DNA of 64,000 nt from an uncultured Alphaproteobacteria bacterium (GCA_963716115.1 CAVQSZ010000021.1:36779-100778), one strand, 5' to 3'; counted from the stretch's first letter, positions 46,337 through 57,366 are shown. Notes: generated by a model from the sequence alone, not told the origin. Translations and numbers: made by a program.

Positions 46337-47162
46337 TCAGCTTGGCCCAGCGGTCGAGCACCGGCAGGATCTGGTCGGCGCCTTCGGCCGGCAGGCTGAC
46401 ATTGACCCGCACCGCGCCGAGCTCGGCAAAGCGCTTGATCCGGTCCGCGTCCTCGGGAGCGCCGCCGATCGTCACCGGCAGGGATGACGGGTCGCGCCCG
46501 GCGTCGCTCGCCATCTGGCGAAAACGCGGCATGTACTCCTCGGGGTCGCCGCTGCTGGCGTTCGGGTACCAGCCGTCGCCGTAGCGGATCGCGCGCCGCG
46601 CCGCCCACGGGAAAGCGCCGCCGACCAGGATCGGCGGATGGGGCTTCTGCACCGGCTTGGGCCAGGTCATCATCGGCGCGAAATCGACGGTCTCGCCGTG
46701 GTACTCCGCCTTCGATTTGGTCCAGATCTCCTTCATCGCCTCCATCTGCTCGCGCATCTTCAGCATCCGGGTGGCGAACGCCGTGCCGTGGTTCTCGATC
46801 TCCTCGGCGTTCCAGCCGCCGCCGATGCCGAACAGAAACCGCCCGCCCGAGACCTGGTCGATCGAGGCGACGAGCTTCGCCGTCTGGATCGTGTCGCGCT
46901 GGATGACGAGGCAGATGCCGGTGGCGAGCTTGAGCCGGGTGCTGGCCGCCGCCGCCGCGGTCAGGGTGACGAACGGGTCCATCACGTCGTAATACCGCTT
47001 GGCGAGCTCGCCGCCGCCGGGCGCGGGGGTGCGCCGCGGCACCGGGATGTGCGAATGCTCGGCCGCCCACAGCGAGTCGAACCCGCGCTCCTCCATCGCC
47101 ACGGCCAGCGCCGCCGGCGAGATCGAGTAGTCGGTAAAGAAGATCGATGCGCCAAATTCCAT
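46320..47162 (-). CDS. Luciferase-like (LLM class, F420-type) oxidoreductase
   Basis: MEFGASIFFTDYSI..GFDSLWAAEHSHIP..KLATGICLVIQRDTIQTAKLVASIDQVSGGRFLFGIG. Confidence 0.85.
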   Translation of the reverse strand: MEFGASIFFTDYSISPAALAVAMEERGFDSLWAAEHSHIPVPRRTPAPGGGELAKRYYDVMDPFVTLTAAAAASTRLKLATGICLVIQRDTIQTAKLVASIDQVSGGRFLFGIGGGWNAEEIENHGTAFATRMLKMREQMEAMKEIWTKSKAEYHGETVDFAPMMTWPKPVQKPHPPILVGGAFPWAARRAIRYGDGWYPNASSGDPEEYMPRFRQMASDAGRDPSSLPVTIGGAPEDADRIKRFAELGAVRVNVSLPAEGADQILPVLDRWAKLMRQVR

Positions 47163-47311
47163 CGCCGCGTCCCTCAGCTGTCGATGCCGCCGGCGGCGAT
47201 CCTAGATTGCGGCCGGCGCCGCGGCAATCCCGACCGGTCCGCGGCGGGGCCCGACCCGTCCGCGGCGGGGATTGCAACCGGCGACGGCTCGGCTAGCATG
47301 CGCGCGATTTT

Positions 47312-48697
47312 TTGCGGAGATCGCGGCGGATGCCCGGATTGATGACGGCAGGGGTCTTGGCGGCGGGGATCGTGGCGGCGCTGCTGCTGCCCGGCGCGGC
47401 CCTGGCGCAGGCGAAAGGCGCCAAGACCGGCGGCTGGGACCAGCTCAACCTGTTCGGCGAGGCGTTCGGGCGCATCCGCCAGGACGCGGTCGAGCCGGTC
47501 GGCGAGGGCAAGCTGGTCGGCGCGGCGATCGGCGGGATGCTGTCCGGCCTCGACCCGCATTCGGCCTATCTCGACCCTGCCGCCTACAAGGCGCTGTCGG
47601 CGCCGGCCAACGACAACCAGGCCGGTATCGGCCTCGCGGTGACGATCGACAACGGCCGGCTCAAGGTGATCTCGCCGCGCGACGGCTCGCCGGCGGCCAA
47701 GGCCGGGGTCGAGCCCGGCGACCTGATCTATGTCATCGACAAGGAGCCGACCTACGAGATGAAGCTCGACGAGGTCGAGCGGAAGCTGCGCGGTCCCGCG
47801 GGCAGCATGGTCAAGCTGACCCTGCGGCGCGGCGATGGCGGCCCGCTCAAGCTCGAGATCGCGCGCGAGGCGGGTAAGCCGCAGACCGTGACCGGGCGGG
47901 TCGAGCTCGACACGATCGGCTATCTGCGGGTCGCCGGCTTCGACGGCGCGACCGAGGACGCGCTGGCGGCGGCGGTGATGGAGCTGCGGGAGAAGCTCGG
48001 CGGCCGGCTGACCGGCCTCATTCTCGATCTGCGCAACAACCCGGGCGGCGATTTCGACGCCGCCGTCCACGTCGCCGACGCCTTTATCGACAAGGGCGAC
48101 ATCGCCGTCGTCAAGGGCCGCAAGCCCGACAGCGTCCGGCGCATCGCCGCCACCCCGGGCGACCTCGCCAAGGGGCTGCCGATCGTGGCCTTGGTCAACG
48201 GCGGCACCGCCGGCGAGGCCGAGCTCGTCGCCGGCGCCTTGCAGGACAACCGCCGCGCCGTGCTGCTCGGGACCAAAACCTTCGGCGAAAGCGCCATCGA
48301 AAGCGTGATCCCGCTGCCGGGGAACGGCGCGATCCGGCTGACCACCGCGCGCTTCGTGACGCCGACCGGGCGGCCGATCCAGGGCAAGGGCCTGGAACCC
48401 GATTTGACCGTCCGGCCGGTCAAGATCGAAAAGCTCGCCCAGACCGACCGGCTGCATGAGGCCGACCTGCCGGGGGCGCTGAAGAACACCGATCCGGCGG
48501 GCTCGGCGGGGGGCAAGCCGCCGGCCGCCGAGACCGCGAGCGAGGCCGGCCAGATCGTAAGCAACCCCGCCGCCGGCAACCCCGCCGCCGGCAACCCCGT
48601 CGCGGCCCCCCCTGGCGCGGCCGACGACGAGCAGCTGAGCGCCGCCCGCGACGTGCTGCGCGGCCTGGCGCTGGTCAGCGGCCGAGCCGCGCAGTGA
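47312..48697 (+). CDS. S41 (CtpA/Prc-like) C-terminal-processing peptidase homologue with both catalytic residues substituted
   Basis: Signal peptide, PDZ domain (GIGLAV..VISPRDGSPAAKAGVEPGD) and LDLRNNPGG. However, GGSASASE is GGTAGEAE (Ser->Gly, codon 48212-48214) and FGKG is FGES (Lys->Glu, codon 48287-48289). Confidence 0.8.
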   Translation: MRRSRRMPGLMTAGVLAAGIVAALLLPGAALAQAKGAKTGGWDQLNLFGEAFGRIRQDAVEPVGEGKLVGAAIGGMLSGLDPHSAYLDPAAYKALSAPANDNQAGIGLAVTIDNGRLKVISPRDGSPAAKAGVEPGDLIYVIDKEPTYEMKLDEVERKLRGPAGSMVKLTLRRGDGGPLKLEIAREAGKPQTVTGRVELDTIGYLRVAGFDGATEDALAAAVMELREKLGGRLTGLILDLRNNPGGDFDAAVHVADAFIDKGDIAVVKGRKPDSVRRIAATPGDLAKGLPIVALVNGGTAGEAELVAGALQDNRRAVLLGTKTFGESAIESVIPLPGNGAIRLTTARFVTPTGRPIQGKGLEPDLTVRPVKIEKLAQTDRLHEADLPGALKNTDPAGSAGGKPPAAETASEAGQIVSNPAAGNPAAGNPVAAPPGAADDEQLSAARDVLRGLALVSGRAAQ

Positions 48698-48722
48698 GCC
48701 GCGCGCGCAAGGCGAAGGGCGG

Positions 48723-49598
48723 TTGATGCCCGATGACCTCGTCGCCGCCCGCGCGCCGCTCGCGGCCGCCGTCGCGGCCCCCTTTTTCACGGTCGCGACC
48801 TACAATATCCATGCCTGCGTCGGCGTCGACCGGCGCTACGACCCGGCCCGGATCGCCGCGGTGCTGCGCGAGATCGACGCCGACATCGCCTGCCTGCAAG
48901 AGGTCGATGCCCGCCGCGGCGTCGCGCCCTATGCCACCCAGTGGGCCTATCTCGGCGAGGCCACCGGCCGCAAGGTCGTCCTCGGGGCCGGCGGCCACGA
49001 CCGGCCGAGACGGCTTTGCAACGCGATCCTGACCCGGTTTCCGGTGCTGGCCGCGCGCGCGGTCGACCTCACGGTGTTCGGGCACTGGCCGCGCGGCGCG
49101 GTCGACGCCGACCTGATGGTCGGCGATCGCGTGCTGCGGGTCGTGGCCGCCCATTTCGGGCTGCATGCGGGCGAGCGGGTGCTGCAGGCGAACCGGCTGA
49201 TGGCGGCGCTCGGCGAGCCCGCCGGCGGCGGCCTCGGGCCGCCGCATGCGGTGCTGCTGATGGGCGATTTGAACGAGTGGCGCGGGCGCAGCGGGGCGAT
49301 CCGGACGCTCGACCGACGGCTCGGGCCGAGCGCGGCGCCGCGCACCTTCCCGTCCTGGATGCCGATGCTGCCGCTCGATCGCATCTACGCCGCCGGCGGG
49401 GCGGCGCTGCGCGAGGTGACGGTGCATCGTTCGCCGCTCGCCCGTCTGGCCTCGGACCATCTGCCGCTGGTCGCCGTCTGCTCATGGGGGCCGCCGCCAC
49501 AGCCGCGCCTTCGCGAACGGCCGCGGCCGCCGCGCCGTCGCGCAAAACCCCGGCGATGGGCCCGCGACCACATTGCGCCGGCGGCCCCGCGAGGCTAA
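48723..49598 (+). CDS. Endonuclease/exonuclease/phosphatase (EEP) family protein
   Basis: TYNIHA..IACLQEV..MGDLNE..SDHLPLV motifs. The Arg-rich last ~35 aa may be read-through. Confidence 0.75.
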   Translation: MMPDDLVAARAPLAAAVAAPFFTVATYNIHACVGVDRRYDPARIAAVLREIDADIACLQEVDARRGVAPYATQWAYLGEATGRKVVLGAGGHDRPRRLCNAILTRFPVLAARAVDLTVFGHWPRGAVDADLMVGDRVLRVVAAHFGLHAGERVLQANRLMAALGEPAGGGLGPPHAVLLMGDLNEWRGRSGAIRTLDRRLGPSAAPRTFPSWMPMLPLDRIYAAGGAALREVTVHRSPLARLASDHLPLVAVCSWGPPPQPRLRERPRPPRRRAKPRRWARDHIAPAAPRG

Positions 49599-49607
49599 TC
49601 AGGCGCG

Positions 49608-49952
49608 ATGGCAAACAAGCAAAACCCGCTCGGCCTCAACCCGCTGCAGCTGAAGACCCTGACCCTGCTGCAGGAGCTGGCGCGGCTCGCCGATTATTCA
49701 CGGCCCGGCGAGGCCCCCGGCAGCGTCGTCGTCACCGGCCTGCCCTATCCGCACGGCGACCACTTCCATGTCGGCGAAGCGGTGGTCGCCTCGCGCGACG
49801 CGACCGGGCTGCGCAACCCCGGCGTCTGGGCGGCGCTCGAACGCAAGGGTCTGGTCGGCTCGGGGCCGGCGGGCGGCGCCCTGGTGACCGCGCTCGGGCT
49901 CGAGTACGAGACCGGGCTGCGCGACCGCATCCTCTACCGCGGCGGCCACTGA
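49608..49952 (+). CDS. Hypothetical protein (114 aa)
   Basis: ATG is 10 nt after the EEP stop. The composition is non-shadow-like (LQLKTLTLLQELARLADY..). No family recognised. Confidence 0.45.
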   Translation: MANKQNPLGLNPLQLKTLTLLQELARLADYSRPGEAPGSVVVTGLPYPHGDHFHVGEAVVASRDATGLRNPGVWAALERKGLVGSGPAGGALVTALGLEYETGLRDRILYRGGH

Positions 49953-49955
49953 GCC

Positions 49956-50829
49956 TCACCAGGAAAAGCCGCGGCCGACCGCGACCGGGCGGTGGCGGCC
50001 GGCCTCCAGCGCCGCCGCGATGCGCGTCATGTCGAGCTCCCGGCCTTGTGCCGCGCCGAGCTCTTCGGCATGGATGCCGCCGAGGATGAAGAGGCTGTCG
50101 ATCCCGGCCCCCGCGGCCCCGGCGATGTCGGTGCGCAGGCTGTCGCCGACCGCAAGAATGCGCCCGCGCCCGGCGATCCCGAGCAGGCCGAGGCAGAGGT
50201 CGTAGACCGGGCGAAACGGCTTGCCGTGCCAGCGCACGCGGCCGCCGGCCGCTTCGTACCATTGCGCCAGCGCGCCGGCGCACAGCGCCGGATCGCCGCC
50301 ATGCATGACGACGAGGTCGGGGTTGGCGCAGACCATCGGCAGGCCGCGCGCCAAGGCGGGGTCGAGCAGCGCCCGATAGTCCTCGATCGTGTCGCGCCAG
50401 CCGGCGGGCCCGGTGTTGAGGATAAAGTCCGCGTCCTCGGCGGCGTCGACGAAATCGAGGCCGAGCCCGTCGCGGATCTCGAGGTCGCGTTCCGAGCCGA
50501 TGTGCAGGCAAGTCCGGCCGAGCGCCGCGTAGAACGGGTCGTCGCGCCGATGCAGGGATCGCCAGGCGTCCTCGCCCGATGACATCACCGCGTGATAGAG
50601 GTCCGCGGGCACGCCGATTCGCGCGATCCGCCGCGCCACATCGTCGGCCCGCCGCGGCGCGTTCGACAACAGGACCACGCGTTTTCCGGAATCGATCAGC
50701 TTTCGAAGGCATTCGAGCGCCCCCGGCAACGGGGCCTGCGCCGTCGTGGATCACGCCCCACAGATCGAGGATAAAGCCGTCATAGGCCGGCGCGAGCGCG
50801 CCCAGGCCGTCGATGAGCCGAACCGCCAT
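49956..50829 (-). pseudogene. HAD-superfamily subfamily IIA hydrolase (TIGR01459-like), frameshifted near codon 33 (may be assembly error)
   Basis: MAVRLIDGLGALAPAYDGFILDLWGVIHDGA is in one frame. APLPGALECLRKLIDSGKRVVLLSNAPRR..GKP..VGDSLRTDI continues in another. The extra base lies in ggggcc at 50731-50736. Confidence 0.75.
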
Positions 50830-51012
50830 GATGATCCACATTTCCGGTGACGATCGGGCGATGATGCGGCGCAGGCGGCCTCGCCGGCAACAGGGGCCGC
50901 GCGGCGCGCCGGCCGCGAGAGGGCGCCGCGCGTCGTTTACCGGTTGCTTGCGTCTTGAGCGGAACATTTCCTGACCCGACCTGTTTTCAGGAGGGTCGGA
51001 CAAGGAGCCGCA

Positions 51013-51282
51013 ATGACGATCGACCTCTTGATCGGTCCGTTGATCGAGCGCGACGGAAAATTCGCGTACGACACCTTCACGCTCGCCGAGGGGATCAGGA
51101 GCTCGTTCCGCTATGGCCGGATCGACGCCGCCCGATACGATCGGCGGGCACTGATCGCCGAGGCGCTGTCCAGCCCGGCGCGGCTCGTGCAGGTGTGCGA
51201 GACCGTGGCGCAATTCGACGAGCTCGCCGCTGCGGCCCGCGCCGCGCAGGCGGATCCCGGCGGCGGGCCGGGCGACCCGTAG
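51013..51282 (+). CDS. Hypothetical protein (89 aa)
   Basis: ATG follows an aaggag RBS. Composition is balanced. No family recognised. Confidence 0.45.
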   Translation: MTIDLLIGPLIERDGKFAYDTFTLAEGIRSSFRYGRIDAARYDRRALIAEALSSPARLVQVCETVAQFDELAAAARAAQADPGGGPGDP

Positions 51283-51315
51283 CCGGGCCGGCGGCGCAGC
51301 GCGGCGAGAACCGCG

Positions 51316-52380
51316 CTAAACCCGAACCGCGGCCCCGACAGCCTGGGCGACCGAGGCGAAGCCGTCTTGTCGCAGCAGCCCGGCCAGACCCCGCCTGATG
51401 CGGCCGACGAGGCCCGGTCCGGCGAAAACCAGCGCGGTATAGAGCTGCACCAGGCTGGCCCCGGCGCGAATCTTTTCGTACGCGTCGGCGGCGGAGCCGA
51501 CGCCGCCGACGCCGATCAGCGGCAGCCGCCCCTGGGTCAGCCGGCGCATCTCGGCGAGCAGCGCGGTCGACGGCGCGAGCAAAGGCCGTCCGCTGAGCCC
51601 GCCCGCTTCAGCGGCGCGCCGGCTTTTGAGCCCGGCCGGGCGATCGAGCGTGGTGTTCGCGACGATCAGCCCGTCGATCCCCGCGGCCAGCGCGACCTCG
51701 GCGATGTCGCCGCGTTCCGCCGCCGTCAGGTCGGGGGCGATCTTGAGCAGCAGCGGCGCGCGGCCGCCGACTTCGGCGCGGGCCTGCGTCAGCCGGCGCA
51801 GCAGCGATTCGAGCGCCGCGCGCGCCTGGAGGTCGCGCAGCCCCGGCGTGTTCGGCGAGGAGACGTTGACCACCAGATAATCGGCGAGCCCGGCCCCGCG
51901 GCGAATCCCGTCGGCGTAATCGGCGCCGGCGTCGGCGCTGCCGCGGTTGGCGCCGAGATTGAGGCCGACGATCCCGCTGCGGGCGCGCCGCGACAGCCGC
52001 GCGGCGACCGCGTCGAGCCCGGCGCTGTTGAAGCCCATGCGATTGATCACGGCCTCGTCCTCTTCGAGCCGGAACACCCGCGGCTTCGGGTTGCCGGGCT
52101 GCGGCCGGGGCGTGACCGTGCCGATCTCGACAAAGCCGAAGCCGAGCCGCAGCAAGGCGTCCGGCGCGTGGCCGTCCTTGTCGTAGCCGGCCGCGAGCCC
52201 GACCGGGTTCGGGAAGTCGAGGCCCCACAGGCGCTGCGCCAGGATCGGCGGGTCGGGCTCGGGCCGACCCGCGCCAAGCCGGCCGAGCCCGGCCTCGAGC
52301 GCGCGCATCGTCAGGTCGCGCGCCGTCTCGGCCGGCAACCGGCGCAGGACGGGTCGGATCAGCGCAAACAGGTCGGGCAT
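51316..52380 (-). CDS. pyrD: Dihydroorotate dehydrogenase (quinone), class 2
   Basis: [59 protein letters not shown]. Confidence 0.9.
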   Translation of the reverse strand: MPDLFALIRPVLRRLPAETARDLTMRALEAGLGRLGAGRPEPDPPILAQRLWGLDFPNPVGLAAGYDKDGHAPDALLRLGFGFVEIGTVTPRPQPGNPKPRVFRLEEDEAVINRMGFNSAGLDAVAARLSRRARSGIVGLNLGANRGSADAGADYADGIRRGAGLADYLVVNVSSPNTPGLRDLQARAALESLLRRLTQARAEVGGRAPLLLKIAPDLTAAERGDIAEVALAAGIDGLIVANTTLDRPAGLKSRRAAEAGGLSGRPLLAPSTALLAEMRRLTQGRLPLIGVGGVGSAADAYEKIRAGASLVQLYTALVFAGPGLVGRIRRGLAGLLRQDGFASVAQAVGAAVRV

Positions 52381-52439
52381 CGGCGGGCGCAGATTACCGG
52401 CGCGATGGCCGCGGCGCACCTGTGGTAGATGATCGGGTC

Positions 52440-55203
52440 ATGTCGGCAGAGGGTCGCGTCGTGGTCACCGGGGGGCGGCGGGTGCTGGCGCCGCGCGCCC
52501 CGGTCCTGGTCGCCGGCTTCCGCGAGGTCATGTGGCTTGGCCCGGAGGGCGAGATCGAGGCGCTGTCGCCGGCCGAGGCGCGCGCCCGGGTCGAGCGCGA
52601 GACGCCGATGCTGTGCCATCTGGGCGCCACCGCCCGCCGGCTCGACACGCCCTTCTTTCCGGCGCTCGATCTGCTCGAGCTCTACGCCTTCGCCCATCCG
52701 GCGCGGTTTTGCGTGCCGACGCCGCGCGGCCTCGCCGAGGCGCTCGGGCTGGCCCCGCCGCGCCGCCCGGCCGACGCCTGCGTGACGCTCGCCACCGCGG
52801 CGCGGGCCTTGCTCGAGGGGCTGATGGCGCAGACCGACCCCGAGCCGCGCGCCGTGGCCGAGGCGATGGACCGCGCCGGCTGGCTGTGGGGGCCGGCCGT
52901 GCTCGCCGCCCTGCCTGCGGCCGAGCCGGGCGCGCAGCGCCGGGCGGCCGGGCTTCGCGCGTGGCTCGGCCTCGGCGGAATGGGCCGAGGCGGCGGCGCC
53001 CCCGGCGCCGGGGAACGAGGCGGTGGCGCCCGAGGAGGCGCGCTCCCGGCTGGCGGCCCTCCTCGGCGAGGGGGCCGAGCCGCGGCCGCAGCAGGCCGAC
53101 TACGCCGCCGCGGTGTCCGCCGCTTTCGCCCCGCGCGATCTGCCCGACCGGCCTCTGGCGGTCCTCGCCGAGGCCGGGACCGGCGTCGGCAAGACCCTGG
53201 GGTACATCGCGCCGGCGAGCCTGTGGGCGGAAAAAAACCGCGGCCCGGTGTGGATCTCGACCTTCACCCGCAATCTGCAAACCCAGATTTCGGGCGAGCT
53301 CGACCGGCTCTATCCCGACCCCGAGGTCAAGCGCCGCCGCGTCGTCGTGCGCAAGGGGCGGGAGAATTTCCTGTGCCTGCTCAATTACGAGGAGGCCGCC
53401 GCCGCGGCGACGATGCGGCCGGGCCGGGCCGCCGGGCAGCTCGGGCTGGTCGCCCGCTGGATCGCCGCCAGCGAGGCCGGCGACCTGATGGCGGGGGATT
53501 TTCCCGGCTGGCTCGCCGAGCTGATCGGCCGCGGCCGGATCAACGCGCTGGCCGACCGCCGCGGCGAATGCGTGCATTCGGCCTGCCCGCATTTTCGCCG
53601 CTGCTTTATCGAGAAGAACATCCGCAAGGCGCGGCGGGCGCGCATCGTCGTCGCCAACCACGCGTTGGTCATGACCCAGGCGGCGCTCGGCGGGCTCGAC
53701 GACGCGACGGCGCCGACGCGCTATGTCTTCGACGAGGGCCACCACCTGCTCGAAGCCGCCGACAGCGCCTTTTCGGTGCGCCTGTCGGGCCAGGAGGGGC
53801 GCGAGTTGCGGCGCTGGATCGCCGGCGCCGAGGCGGCCGGCCGCTCGCGCGCCCGCGGGCTGCGGCGCCGGATCGGCGACCTTGTCGAGGGCGACGAGGA
53901 CGGCGTGAAGGCGCTGATCGAGGTTCTCGCCGCCGCCCGCATCCTGCCGGGCGACGGCTGGGCGCAGCGCGTCGCCGAGGGCCGCGGGCATCAGGCCTTC
54001 GAAGGCTTTCTCGCGCTGGCGCGGCAGCAGGTGCTGGCGCGCGCCACGCTCGCCGACGCCGGCTACGGCCTGCAGGCCGAAGCGCGGCCGCCGGTCCCCG
54101 GGCTGGTCGAGGCGGCCGCGCCGCTGGCCGGCGGGCTCGACCGCCTGGCCGCGGCGCTGCGGCGGCTGTCCGACCGGCTGCGCCGGCGGCTGGAGGATGC
54201 CGACAACCCACCCGACCCCGGCCTGCGGCAGCGCCTCGACGCCACGGTGCGCGGCCTCGACCGGCGCGCCGGCCTTCAGCTCGCCGCCTGGGCCGGGCTG
54301 CTGCGCGACCTCGCCCTGCCGCCGCGCGCCGAGACCGTCGAGTGGCTGGCGCTCGACCGCAACGACGGGCTCGAAACCGATGTCGCGGTCAACCGCAATT
54401 GGATCGACCCGGGGATCCCGTTCGCCGAGCTGGTGGCGCGGCCGGCGCATGGCCTGGTGGTCACCTCGGCGACCCTGACCGACGGCGATGCCGATGCGGC
54501 GCTCGCCTGGCGCGGCGCCGAGGCCGGCACCGGGCTGCGCCATCTGCGGCGCAGCCCGGCCGCGGTGCGCGTCGCCTCGCCCTTCGACTATCCGGCGCAG
54601 ACGCGGGTCTTTATCGTCACCGACATCCCGCGCGACGATATCGGGCAGGTCGCGGCCGCTTATGCCGCGCTGTTTGTCGCGGCGCGCGGCGGCGGGCTCG
54701 GGCTCTTCACCGCGATCGCGAGGCTCAAGGCGGTGCATCGCCGCATCGCCCCGGCGCTCGAAGCGCGCGGCATGCTGCTGCTGGCCCAGCATGTCGACGC
54801 GATGTCGACGGCGACCTTGCTCGACATTTTTCGCGCCGAGGAAGATTCCTGCCTGCTCGGCGCCGACGCCGTGCGCGACGGCGTCGACATCCCGGGCCGC
54901 TCGCTGCGGCTCCTGGTCTTCGACCGGGTGCCGTGGCCGCGCCCCGACATCCTGCATCGCGCCCGACGCGAGGCGTTCGGCGGCGCGCAATACGCCGACC
55001 GGATCGCCCGGCTGCGGCTGCGGCAGGCCTTTGGCCGGCTGGTCCGCCGCGCCGACGACCGCGGGGTGTTCGTCATCCTCGACCGCGCGCTGCCCTCGCG
55101 GCTGCTCGCGGCCTTTCCCGAGGGCGTCGCCATCGCGCGCGCGCCCCTGGCCGAGGCCGCCGCGGCGACCGCGGGGTTTCTCGGCCCGATCGATGCGGCT
55201 TGA
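52440..55203 (+). pseudogene. DinG/XPD-like ATP-dependent DNA helicase with Fe-S cluster motif, interrupted by a frameshift near 52974 (may be assembly error)
   Basis: The N-terminal domain (..FPALDLLELYAFAHPARFCVPTPRGLAEALGL..) ends ..AWLGL in frame 0. AEWAEAAAPP..PRPQQADYA..AEAGTGVGKTLGY..C..CPHFRRC..VANHAL..DEGHH.. continues in frame +1 to 55203. Confidence 0.8.
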
Positions 55204-55257
55204 CAGGCGCGCGCCGGTCTTGATCTTTCCTCCCGCCGGTCTTGGAGAGGACGCCCC

Positions 55258-55662
55258 ATGCTCGACCACCATCGCGCGCTGATCTACACGATGGTCATCG
55301 TGTCGGCGGCCGACAGCGACATGGCCGACGCCGAGCTGCGCGCGATCGGCGACATGGTCGGCCATCTGCCGGTGTTCCGCGATTTCGACCGCCGCGCCCT
55401 ATCCGGCATTCTCAACGACTGCACCGAATTGATCGGCCGCGAGAACGGGCTCGAGGAGACCTTGAAGGCGATCAAGGACGCGCTGCCGGCGAAGCTGCGC
55501 GAGACCGCCTATGCGATCGCCTGCGATCTGGTCGCGATCGACGGCGAAGCGCAGCAGGAGGAGCTGCGCATCCTCGAATTGCTGCGCCATCGCCTCAACA
55601 TCGAGCGCCTGACCGCCGCGGCCGTCGAACGCGGGGCCAGGGCGCGGTTTCAGACGCTCTGA
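55258..55662 (+). CDS. TerB-like (tellurite-resistance TerB family) domain protein
   Basis: MVIVSAADSDMADAELRAIGDMV..AYAIACDLVAIDGEAQQEELRILELL matches the TerB fold pattern. Confidence 0.65.
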   Translation: MLDHHRALIYTMVIVSAADSDMADAELRAIGDMVGHLPVFRDFDRRALSGILNDCTELIGRENGLEETLKAIKDALPAKLRETAYAIACDLVAIDGEAQQEELRILELLRHRLNIERLTAAAVERGARARFQTL

Positions 55663-55686
55663 GCCGCGGCGGCGGGCGGAGCCGTC

Positions 55687-56151
55687 TTGACCCGACGCCT
55701 GCCGGCGCTCGCATGCCTGCTGGCGCTCGCCGCCCAGGCGCGAGCGCAGGCGCCGCCCCCCGGCGACGCCGAATCGGGACGGGTGTTCTGCGAGCAGAGC
55801 GTCAGCTACCGGGTCGTCGACCCGGCGACGGTCCCGGAGCCCTACCGGCGCTTTCTCGGCGTCTGGAGCGACGCGGCCTGGGACCCCAACACCTGCGCCG
55901 CGCTGATCGTCGAGGACGTCCAGCCCGACGGCGCGGCCAGGATCATCTACGTCTATGGGCCGCAGGGGTCGGGGGCCGGGGGGCCGGGCGGGGTGCTGAA
56001 CGGCGCCGGCGTCATCCGCGACGACGAGCTGCGGTTCGAGAACGCCGACCGGACGCAGTTTTCGTTCAAGCCGTCGATCGTCGACCTGATCGGCCGGATG
56101 ACCACGCCAACCGGCGCCACCTACCAGTCGCCGTTCAAGAAAACCCCGTAG
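55687..56151 (+). CDS. Secreted hypothetical protein (154 aa)
   Basis: TTG start and signal peptide MTRRLPALACLLALAAQARAQA. No family recognised. Confidence 0.5.
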   Translation: MTRRLPALACLLALAAQARAQAPPPGDAESGRVFCEQSVSYRVVDPATVPEPYRRFLGVWSDAAWDPNTCAALIVEDVQPDGAARIIYVYGPQGSGAGGPGGVLNGAGVIRDDELRFENADRTQFSFKPSIVDLIGRMTTPTGATYQSPFKKTP

Positions 56152-56235
56152 CGCCGGCCGGGAAATTTTCCCTGGACCGCGTTCCGCGGCCGCGGCCCGG
56201 GGCGATCGGGTCCGGCCCCTGATGGAGAGCGCAGG

Positions 56236-57210
56236 ATGAAGGCAGTGGTGTGCGAGGCGTTCGGCGGTCCCGAGGTGCTGGCGGTGCGCGAGCAGCCCGC
56301 CCCGCCGCCGCCTTGCGCCGGCGAGCTGCAGGTGCGGATCAGGGCGCGCGGCGTCCAGTATGTCGACGTGCTGATGTTGGCCGGGAAGTACCAGTTCCGC
56401 CCGGAGCCGCCGTTTGTCCCCGGCAGCGAGGGCGCGGGCGAGGTCGTTGCGGTCGGCCCCGACGTCGGCGGGTTCAAGATCGGCGACCGGGTGATGAGCC
56501 GGCATCGGCTCGGCGCCTTTGCCGAAACCGGCAATGCAAAGGCCGCGGACTGCGATCTCGCGCCGGCGGCGATGAGCCTCGAGGAGGCGGCGGTGTTCCG
56601 CAACGTCTACCACACCGCCTACCACGCGCTGTTGCAGCGCGGCCGCCTGAAGGCCGGCGAGCGGGTGCTGATCCACGGCGCCGCCGGCGGCATCGGCATC
56701 CCGGCGATCCAGATCGCCAGGCTTCACGGCGCCGAAATCATCGCTGCGGCCAGCACCGAGGAGAAGCGCGCCGCCTGCCTCGAGGAGGGCGCCGACCATG
56801 CGATCGGCTACGAGGGCGGCTTTCGCGACCGGGTCATGGAGCTGACCGGAGGCCGCGGCGTCGACATCGTCTACGATCCCGTGAACGGCCCGACCTTCGA
56901 AGAATCGCTGCGCTGCCTCGCCTGGGGCGGGCGCATCCTGATCCTCGGGTTTCTCGGCGGCGCGCCGGCCGCCGCCCGCTCGAACTACCTCCTTATCAAG
57001 GGGATCGAGGCGATCGGCGTGCGCATCGGCGGGCTCGCCGAAGCCCATCCCGAGATCGCCGCCGCCAATGTCAGGACGCTCGTCGACCTCGCCGGGCAAG
57101 GCAAGCTCAAGCCCCGCATCTGGCGCTCGTTCCCGCTCGACCGCGCCGCCGACGCAGTCCAGGCCCTGATCGACCGCGCCGTCATCGGCAAGGCGGTGCT
57201 GGTCGGATGA
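56236..57210 (+). CDS. NADPH:quinone oxidoreductase / zeta-crystallin-like medium-chain dehydrogenase
   Basis: GVQYVDVLMLAGKYQ..PFVPGSEGAGEV..VLIHGAAGGIG. Confidence 0.85.
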   Translation: MKAVVCEAFGGPEVLAVREQPAPPPPCAGELQVRIRARGVQYVDVLMLAGKYQFRPEPPFVPGSEGAGEVVAVGPDVGGFKIGDRVMSRHRLGAFAETGNAKAADCDLAPAAMSLEEAAVFRNVYHTAYHALLQRGRLKAGERVLIHGAAGGIGIPAIQIARLHGAEIIAAASTEEKRAACLEEGADHAIGYEGGFRDRVMELTGGRGVDIVYDPVNGPTFEESLRCLAWGGRILILGFLGGAPAAARSNYLLIKGIEAIGVRIGGLAEAHPEIAAANVRTLVDLAGQGKLKPRIWRSFPLDRAADAVQALIDRAVIGKAVLVG

Positions 57211-57236
57211 GCGGTGCGCGCCTTCTTTAAGAGATT

Positions 57237-57366
57237 GTCATTGCGAGGAGCGCATCGCGCGACGAAGCAATCTCGACCGGACGAGCGATGTCGGCCCGAG
57301 ATTGCTTCGCGGAGCCTGTCCTCGGGCGGCGCAGCGCGCCGACCCGTGGGCTCGCAATGACAATCG
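57237..57366. repeat. REP-like element, second copy of the 314-388 family
   Basis: gtcattgcgaggagcgc..gcgacgaagcaatctcga, then inverted cgagattgcttcgc and ctcgcaatgac. Confidence 0.7.

Noticed and set aside
48563-48600. 15-bp tandem repeat (NPAAG NPAAG NP) as a notable repeat element
   Set aside because: It is a short in-frame low-complexity duplication within the Ala/Pro-rich C-terminal tail of the S41 homologue, with no independent significance.
55258-55662. TerB-domain protein next to the helicase as part of a defence system
   Set aside because: It is a stand-alone 134-aa TerB-like protein with normal GC content. It has no nuclease, ATPase or other defence partners beyond a housekeeping-type DinG-like helicase. 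Nothing in the sequence supports a system.
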